From the IMG/VR virus record IMGVR_UViG_3300011113_000664, positions 64,001 to 128,000 of that record: DNA of 64,000 bases; one strand, given 5' to 3'. A program made the position numbers and the translations under genes. Below are positions 58,278 through 64,000 of the stretch, piece after piece (positions within the stretch are counted from its first letter, which is position 1; every line of letters begins with the position of its first letter). This DNA is from a virus. Below the pieces are notes generated by a model that was given only the letters and a program-made list of their open reading frames with translations, made no database searches and had not been told where the DNA came from.

Positions 58278-59681
58278 TTAAGCAACTAATTCAAATTTTT
58301 CTTTCATCAATCCTCTATAAAAGTCTGCCCTGATATGACTTAATACATCAATGTCATATCTTTTACATGCAAGTTCATATGCTGTTTCACCCATATCTTT
58401 AACATGATTTGGATTATTGATACAATATTTAATCTTTTTATACCAATCTTTATATTGTCTATCAGGATTTACATATAAAATATTTTTACCATCTACCCAA
58501 TCTTTGTCATGGTTGTAAATTGGAACATCTGAAGCAATTACAGGAACTTTGTGAAATGCAGCTTCAATTACTTTAAGATTTGATTTTGCAAATTGATAGC
58601 GATTATCTGAATTATCATCCATAACACCTTTACCATATACTTTAATAGGTGCAAGTGCTACATCACCATGTTTATAATTTGCAGCAAACTTGTAAAGACC
58701 TTGAGTTTTGTGTCTAAAATAATTTTGTTCTGCTTGTTTTTCATAAACAGCATCCAAATCAAACTTCATTAGAAAATCATAATAGTCTTTATCTTTAATA
58801 AGTTTATAATTTGATGTGAAAATCTCTTCATATCTTGTCCAAACAGTTTCTTGTGGTTTAATTGGTCTAGTTTGTTCTTGAAGAACATTTCCATTATATT
58901 TTTCAACAAGTTGTCTTGGAATTTCAGGTGTATCGGAAATATTAAAATTATTTGCCACAAGTTTATTATAAAGCTGTTGAGTAAATAAACCCATAGCTTG
59001 CACTTCTTTAATAAACTCTTCATTAACAATATAATTTGTTGTTGTTCCTCTCAAATCAAAACCCGAAAGATGAACTTGAAATTTATTTTCAATTGATGTA
59101 TCAGCAATAAGTCTTTCAAAACTATCTTTTAATAAAGAGACATCTTGTAAGTGTGATGAACCAGCAAGATAAAGAATTCTTAATTTATCATAAGAACATT
59201 TATCGTTTGCAGGAATCCATTCTTTAAGATTTCTATTTACTCCATTTGGGATAATTAAAATATTTTTATTATAAGGTTTAATATAATTTTCATAAACAGG
59301 AGTTGTTGTTGAAACAGCATCCACGATTTTAAGATTACCAACAATTTTTTCTTTTAAACCATCTTTTTTAACTGCATGATATAGAGGATGTTCTCTTGAT
59401 ACTTCCCAATAATCATCAATATCAAGTATTACCTTAATACCAAATGAATGAAGTTTATCTACTAAATATGGCATTTGAGCAAAATCACAAAGAGTTCTAT
59501 GTCCATGAATAATATCATATTGTTTTAAAAATTCATCATTATTCCAATCAATATTTTTAAGATAATCAATTTCAAATTCATCATCATAAAGTTTTGATAA
59601 AGAGATAGCAGGTTGTTCAGAACGATAAAAGTTTACACCATGAACATCCATGTTTGTAATCAAAATTCTTGGTTTTCTCAT
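58278..59681 (-). CDS. GT-B fold glycosyltransferase (GT4-like)
   Basis: GVNFYR..P, DIDDYW, IIPNG, GSSH..D, DVALAP, KSNLKVIEA, VIASDV. Confidence 0.88.
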   Translation of the reverse strand: MRKPRILITNMDVHGVNFYRSEQPAISLSKLYDDEFEIDYLKNIDWNNDEFLKQYDIIHGHRTLCDFAQMPYLVDKLHSFGIKVILDIDDYWEVSREHPLYHAVKKDGLKEKIVGNLKIVDAVSTTTPVYENYIKPYNKNILIIPNGVNRNLKEWIPANDKCSYDKLRILYLAGSSHLQDVSLLKDSFERLIADTSIENKFQVHLSGFDLRGTTTNYIVNEEFIKEVQAMGLFTQQLYNKLVANNFNISDTPEIPRQLVEKYNGNVLQEQTRPIKPQETVWTRYEEIFTSNYKLIKDKDYYDFLMKFDLDAVYEKQAEQNYFRHKTQGLYKFAANYKHGDVALAPIKVYGKGVMDDNSDNRYQFAKSNLKVIEAAFHKVPVIASDVPIYNHDKDWVDGKNILYVNPDRQYKDWYKKIKYCINNPNHVKDMGETAYELACKRYDIDVLSHIRADFYRGLMKEKFELVA

Positions 59682-59683
59682 AA

Positions 59684-59703
59684 TTTAAGTAATATTACTT
59701 AAA
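59684..59703. repeat. Perfect 20-bp palindrome TTTAAGTAATATTACTTAAA
   Basis: Read directly; 2 nt upstream of the glycosyltransferase ATG. Confidence 0.85.
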
Positions 59704-59715
59704 ATACGACAAAAA

Positions 59716-60108
59716 TTATGCACTTATTGAAAGTGATATATTATCAGCAACTGTTGTATATAAGTTGGTGTATAAAAAATCAATATTAATACTTAATGTA
59801 TTTGTGTTTTGGGATTGGTCAATTTGAATATCTTCAATCAAAAGATTTTTAAAATATTTTTCAATATCTTTTTTTAAAGATGCTTTTATTTCTGAAGCAA
59901 CGATTTGGTCATTTTTCTCAAATAAAAATTCATACAGTTTTGTTCCAAAATCAGGGTCATACCATCTTTCACCTTTTTTTGTTGTAACAAAAAAATATAA
60001 AGAAGAACGAATATCCTCAATACTAGTGGTATTCATTTTTAAAAGTTTACCATTAGTTTCATCATCCCTAAATGGGAATGCTATTGATATTGTTCTATTA
60101 TTTGCCAT
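59716..60108 (-). CDS. Baseplate gp25/GPW-like protein
   Basis: IAFPF, IRSSL..TKKGERWYDPDFGT.LYEFLFE. Confidence 0.92.
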   Translation of the reverse strand: MANNRTISIAFPFRDDETNGKLLKMNTTSIEDIRSSLYFFVTTKKGERWYDPDFGTKLYEFLFEKNDQIVASEIKASLKKDIEKYFKNLLIEDIQIDQSQNTNTLSINIDFLYTNLYTTVADNISLSISA

Positions 60109-60989
60109 TAAGTAATTATTAGCATTAATTTATCACCAAAGTTGATTCCATCATATCCTGCTCTTTTTGCAAAACCATTTAATCTGTTTTTAATAAAATG
60201 TGCATAAACCTGATTTACATCGGATGCCATCTTTTTAATCATAGTTGGGTCTTTTTCAAAGTTAGGGTCAAGAATATACATACCTGCTAAATAGAATGGG
60301 TCATGAAGTTCCATTTCCTCATTAGGAACATATAAAACTTTATCAAAAAGAATTTCATATTCTTTATCATAACCTTTATCTTTTGTAAAGGACATAATAA
60401 AACCTGAAGTATTTCCTTTATCAAATGGTCTTACTGAATATAATGTAACAACTTTATTTGTAACATCATTAAAATCTAAATTTTCTTTCTGTTTTTCTAT
60501 TTCTTGCTCTTTATCAGGACCAAGATATTGTGCTTGCTGTTTTGGTTGATATAGATTACTTAATTCATTTTGAATAGTATCCATCATGTTAAATGTTGAT
60601 GGACTTTTAATTCCATATTCTTTTTTAAAATCAAGTCTATCTTGGATTTTATTTAAAATCCTACAAGCATCTTTAGAATTTAAAAAGATTTTATAACATT
60701 CTACTTTATCAATATCAGGTCTTGATTGATAAGCATAAACTCTGTGATGACCATCCAAAATATTATTATTTGCATCTACCCATGTCCTTGGTAAATAACC
60801 ATCATCATCAATAACACTATTAATATCATCAATTTTAGTTTTAGAAACCTTTTTTTGTAATGGTTTTAAATAGCTAGGTTCAACCATAACAGATTTAACA
60901 ATAATTCCACTATCCTTTAGTTCTTGAAGGATTTCATTTACATTTTCTTCTTTTACTTGCGGTAGCCAAATTTCAGAAACAGTATGCAT
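60108..60989 (-). CDS. ParB/Srx-like domain protein with C-terminal GYDG domain
   Basis: LPQV, LKPLQ, ILDGHHR; C-terminal KRAGYDGI. Confidence 0.7.
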   Translation of the reverse strand: MHTVSEIWLPQVKEENVNEILQELKDSGIIVKSVMVEPSYLKPLQKKVSKTKIDDINSVIDDDGYLPRTWVDANNNILDGHHRVYAYQSRPDIDKVECYKIFLNSKDACRILNKIQDRLDFKKEYGIKSPSTFNMMDTIQNELSNLYQPKQQAQYLGPDKEQEIEKQKENLDFNDVTNKVVTLYSVRPFDKGNTSGFIMSFTKDKGYDKEYEILFDKVLYVPNEEMELHDPFYLAGMYILDPNFEKDPTMIKKMASDVNQVYAHFIKNRLNGFAKRAGYDGINFGDKLMLIIT

Positions 60990-61004
60990 GTATCTATTTT
61001 TCTA

Positions 61005-61024
61005 TTAAATAGTGACTATTTATA
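61005..61024. promoter_or_regulatory. Back-to-back late-promoter motifs
   Basis: TTAAATAGT-G-ACTATTTATA. Confidence 0.75.
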
Positions 61025-61040
61025 TAAAAATTTTTATCTT

Positions 61041-61826
61041 ATGGAAAATATGTCAAATGTAAAAAGTAAGCTAGATAGCTTATTACCAAAAGTCGTATCA
61101 GATTATGTTGATTTCCCATCTCAAGGTTTATTTTATGAAAGTAAAATTGACAAAGTAATGGTTGAATACATGACCGCTGCTGATGAACAATATCTATTAT
61201 CTGAAAACTATATCAAGAATGGTACAGGTCTTGAACTTTTAGTTAAAAATAAAATTAAAGACCCTGAATTTAATTCACTTATGCGTGTTGAAGATTTATT
61301 GACAGGTGATTTAGATGCTGTATTGTTATTTTTAAGAAGATTTGCTTATGGTGATGAATATCCTGTTCAGGTTCGTGATACAGATAATAGGTCATATGAA
61401 ACAACTATTGATTTATCAAAAATTAAATATAAAGAAATTATTCAACCAACAGATGAGTTAAATTATTCATTTCATTTACCTCTTTGTAAAACAGATGTTA
61501 CATTTAAATTGCTAACATATGGTGATAAAAAGAAATTAGACCAAAGAATTGAAAAGATTTCAAAATATAAGAACGATTCACCAATTTTTGAAACACAAGA
61601 AAGAATTATTGCTCAAATAGAAACAATTGCAGGTGAAAATGATAGAGTTTTTATTGAAAAGTTTGTAAAACTAATGCCACCAAAAGATGCATTGTCTTTG
61701 AGAAAATATATTTTAGAAGTTGAGCCGGGTATTGATTATAATTATGAATTTGAAGGAAAATTCACAGGTGACTTTTTTCGTCAGACCGTTACCTTCGGTA
61801 TCGACTTTTTTTATCCAAGACAATAA
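61041..61826 (+). CDS. Tail/baseplate-hub assembly chaperone (gp26-like)
   Basis: FPSQGLFY, MTAADE..L, DLL.GD..A.L..LR..AYG..Y, LP.CK..VTFKLLT, C-terminal GIDFF. Start moved to 61041, downstream of the promoter. Confidence 0.8.
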   Translation: MENMSNVKSKLDSLLPKVVSDYVDFPSQGLFYESKIDKVMVEYMTAADEQYLLSENYIKNGTGLELLVKNKIKDPEFNSLMRVEDLLTGDLDAVLLFLRRFAYGDEYPVQVRDTDNRSYETTIDLSKIKYKEIIQPTDELNYSFHLPLCKTDVTFKLLTYGDKKKLDQRIEKISKYKNDSPIFETQERIIAQIETIAGENDRVFIEKFVKLMPPKDALSLRKYILEVEPGIDYNYEFEGKFTGDFFRQTVTFGIDFFYPRQ

Positions 61827-62004
61827 TTACGAAGAATTAATAGCGCAAGAAGTTAATTTTCTTGTTGAAAGTAATTATTCATATCATGATGTCATGTATA
61901 TGATGCCTGTGTATATGCGTAAAAAAATAATAGGTATAATCTTTGAAAAGAATCAAAAACTTCTAAAAGAAAAACAAAAAGCAGCAGGTTATAAAGATGT
62001 TTAA
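61801..62004 (+). CDS. Probable frameshift-accessed C-terminal extension of the tail chaperone (G-T type)
   Basis: +1-frame ORF with no convincing start, overlapping a T7 run; YSYHDVMYMMPVYMRK pattern. Confidence 0.55.
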   Translation, partial: STFFIQDNNYEELIAQEVNFLVESNYSYHDVMYMMPVYMRKKIIGIIFEKNQKLLKEKQKAAGYKDV

Positions 62005-62028
62005 TATCTATTTATATTAAAATATAAT

Positions 62029-63000
62029 ATGAAGATATTATCTTATAAGATATTAAATGAAGCTACTGTAAATCTTTTTAATAAAAATGCAAGTGCTTTA
62101 GGAGGTGGTATTAGCCGTAACTTATTAAAAACAACACAAATCTCTAAAAGAAGAGGTATTGAAGGTGCTAGTGATACCTTAAAATATATGACTCGTTTTA
62201 TTCAGTTGTTGTTTAATTTTTATGATGCACAAGGGAATGTTCAACTTTCTAGTGATATAAATGTTGCTTTTGGTATATATTTTAGTGAGGGTGGAACTAA
62301 AGCACATATATTACCCTATTATTCAGAATCAATACAAAACTTAATGGAAGAAAATCTTCAATATGCAACTTTGGAGTTATTTAACCCAAATGATTTAAGT
62401 GAAAAAATAAATATTGAAGATTATTTTAATAATTTTGAAATAGCAAGATATCCATTTAAATTAGAAATATCAAATCTAAATACATTTAAAAATATTAATG
62501 ATGAATATAAATTTAGTTTTTTAAATGTTTTAACAAATTTTGCAAATAAAACCCCAACAAATAATATTACAATTGGTTTTAATGCTTCTAGTGGATTAAG
62601 AAGATTAAGTTTAGATAGAGGTCAACAAGGTCAAAGTAGTCAACAAAATTATTCTTTTATTCAATTTGAGGTTTCTATTCCACAAAGTCCACAAACTCAA
62701 ACTATAATTACTACAGCAGAGGTAGCACAAATAAACAATTTATTCAAAAATAATGGACAACAAAATTGTATTATTGAATTTAATAATGCTACTAGACAAA
62801 GAGGTGTAAATTTACCTAATTTAAGATATACTACTAAAATAACTTACCAAACAAATAAAGTATTATACATTTATAGTACTAATCAAATAAATACAAGAGT
62901 TCAACCACAAAATATGATGAATAATGCAGGTAGAATTTTTATACAATTAGGTACTGCTATTCCAAAAGAATGCAATTTAAAAATAATTCAATTAACTTAA
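62029..63000 (+). CDS. Hypothetical late protein
   Basis: Late motif at 62007-62016; N-terminal ILNE site. Confidence 0.7.
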   Translation: MKILSYKILNEATVNLFNKNASALGGGISRNLLKTTQISKRRGIEGASDTLKYMTRFIQLLFNFYDAQGNVQLSSDINVAFGIYFSEGGTKAHILPYYSESIQNLMEENLQYATLELFNPNDLSEKINIEDYFNNFEIARYPFKLEISNLNTFKNINDEYKFSFLNVLTNFANKTPTNNITIGFNASSGLRRLSLDRGQQGQSSQQNYSFIQFEVSIPQSPQTQTIITTAEVAQINNLFKNNGQQNCIIEFNNATRQRGVNLPNLRYTTKITYQTNKVLYIYSTNQINTRVQPQNMMNNAGRIFIQLGTAIPKECNLKIIQLT

Positions 63001-63007
63001 TTAAACG

Positions 63008-64000
63008 ATGACACCTGAAGAAAGATTAAAATTATTAGCTGAACAGGTAAACTCAGCAAATGAACTTAATGAGGTATATTCAAGAATAAGTTATACAATT
63101 GAACAACAAAATAAATCATTAAGTGGATTTTATAATGCTCAAAAAGAAGTTTTAAGATTATCAAGAGAAGAAAGTTTAATTAAAAAAACTCAAAAACAAA
63201 TATTAAAGGAAATTGAAGCTGTTCAAGAAGGAATTAATGATGGTTCAATAATAGAAACAGCCGAAATTAAAAAACAAAAAGCATTATTAGAGGGTAAGTT
63301 AGCTACTTTAGAAAAAACCAAAAAAGAAATTCAAGATGAAAAGGCTTTACTTGAAGATAATTCTAGTTTAATTAAAGCAAGTTTAAATACTCTTAAAGAC
63401 CAATCTATTGCTTGGGCAAGTCAAGAATTTTCAGTTAGTAATATATGGGGTTATTTACAACAGATTGATGGTGCAATAAGAACAACACAATTAAATCTTG
63501 GTGTATCAGGTAGTAAAGCCCAAATGATGAGGGAACAGTTTGAAGGTGCTGTTAATGCTGCTCAAAGGTTTGGTGCTAGTGCAAAAGACATTTCAGAACT
63601 ACAAGAAGGAATAGCTGATGCAACAGGTAGAGCAGCAGCCTTTACAAGCAATGAATTAGTTTCATTAGTGCAAATTGCTAAAGGAACAGGTCTTCAAAAT
63701 ACTGAAACAGCAAAGTTAGTTGGTACAATGCAAAACTTTGGTTTAAGTGTTGAAACATCAAAAGATTTAATTGAAGATAGTATTAATTCAACAGCAAAGT
63801 TAGGACTAAGTTCAAATGGAGTTTTAAAAAAATTAATTCAAAATATTGATAAACTCAATAATTATAGATTTGATAAGGGTGTAAAGGGTATTGAGGAAAT
63901 GGCTAAAGCATCTGAAAAGTTTAGATTTTCAATGGAAGGTGTGTTTTCTGCTGCTGAAAAGTTTAGAACACTTGAAGGATTACTTGAAGCAGGTGCAACA
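63008..64000 (+). CDS. Tape measure protein (5' part; runs off the window)
   Basis: Open frame from MTPEERLKLLAEQ; helical and A/G/S/Q-rich, with LNLGVSG..AQRFGAS..AKGTGL..QNFGLS..AKLGLS repeats; follows the chaperone genes. Confidence 0.8.
   Translation, partial: MTPEERLKLLAEQVNSANELNEVYSRISYTIEQQNKSLSGFYNAQKEVLRLSREESLIKKTQKQILKEIEAVQEGINDGSIIETAEIKKQKALLEGKLATLEKTKKEIQDEKALLEDNSSLIKASLNTLKDQSIAWASQEFSVSNIWGYLQQIDGAIRTTQLNLGVSGSKAQMMREQFEGAVNAAQRFGASAKDISELQEGIADATGRAAAFTSNELVSLVQIAKGTGLQNTETAKLVGTMQNFGLSVETSKDLIEDSINSTAKLGLSSNGVLKKLIQNIDKLNNYRFDKGVKGIEEMAKASEKFRFSMEGVFSAAEKFRTLEGLLEAGAT

Noticed and set aside
976-59029. Many short ORFs in the supplied track (e.g. 976-1158, 3261-3626, 12269-12688, 14016-14381, 27941-28306, 41170-41358)
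   Set aside because: They are antisense or alternate-frame shadows of long, well-supported genes, with composition mirroring the real frame.
1-64000. Stop-codon reassignment (TAG or TGA), seen in some large phages
   Set aside because: Core genes are full length in the standard code. TAA dominates, but TGA (20870, 21070, 38236) and TAG (18426) occur at plausible gene ends.
1-64000. tRNA or structured ncRNA genes accompanying the CCA enzyme
   Set aside because: Intergenic gaps are nearly all under ~100 bp and AT-rich, and I saw no cloverleaf or T-loop signature. tRNAscan-SE or Infernal would be needed to exclude them formally.

Overview
This 64-kb window is a very AT-rich, gene-dense segment of a large T4-like myophage (jumbo-phage-type) genome. 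The host is most likely Bacteroidota: there is a TTTG-N20-TATATTTG promoter, and the leaders I inspected are A-rich with no Shine-Dalgarno sequence. The window holds the head module (TerL, portal, prohead protease, scaffold, MCP), neck, baseplate, spike, sheath, tube, tail-assembly chaperone and the start of the tape-measure gene. These are interleaved with nrdAB, phoH, two sigma factors, a primase-like gene, RuvC, an exonuclease, Hsp20, rmlC and a glycosyltransferase. I saw no tRNA, rRNA, CRISPR array or transposon. Most notable signals: (1) late-expressed multi-domain proteins whose domains are separated by [L/I]-x-E prohead-protease-type sites, above all a CCA-adding enzyme / HD phosphatase / DUF5661-like / second nucleotidyltransferase fusion that looks like a head-packaged tRNA-repair cargo; (2) a six-gene cassette in which a tail-collar-type fold appears split, with four paralogous N-halves carrying unrelated variable domains; (3) a short [S/T]-[G/A]-x-[T/S] motif enriched in exposed virion proteins, with a glycosyltransferase and rmlC encoded among the structural genes; (4) about 19 copies of a late-promoter motif, WCTAWTTAWA, whose core is the reverse complement of the T4 late promoter; (5) an unannotated CGC peptide coupled to a CxxC membrane protein; (6) a probable +1 frameshift in the tail chaperone. 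All family assignments come from motif recognition by eye, not from database searches.
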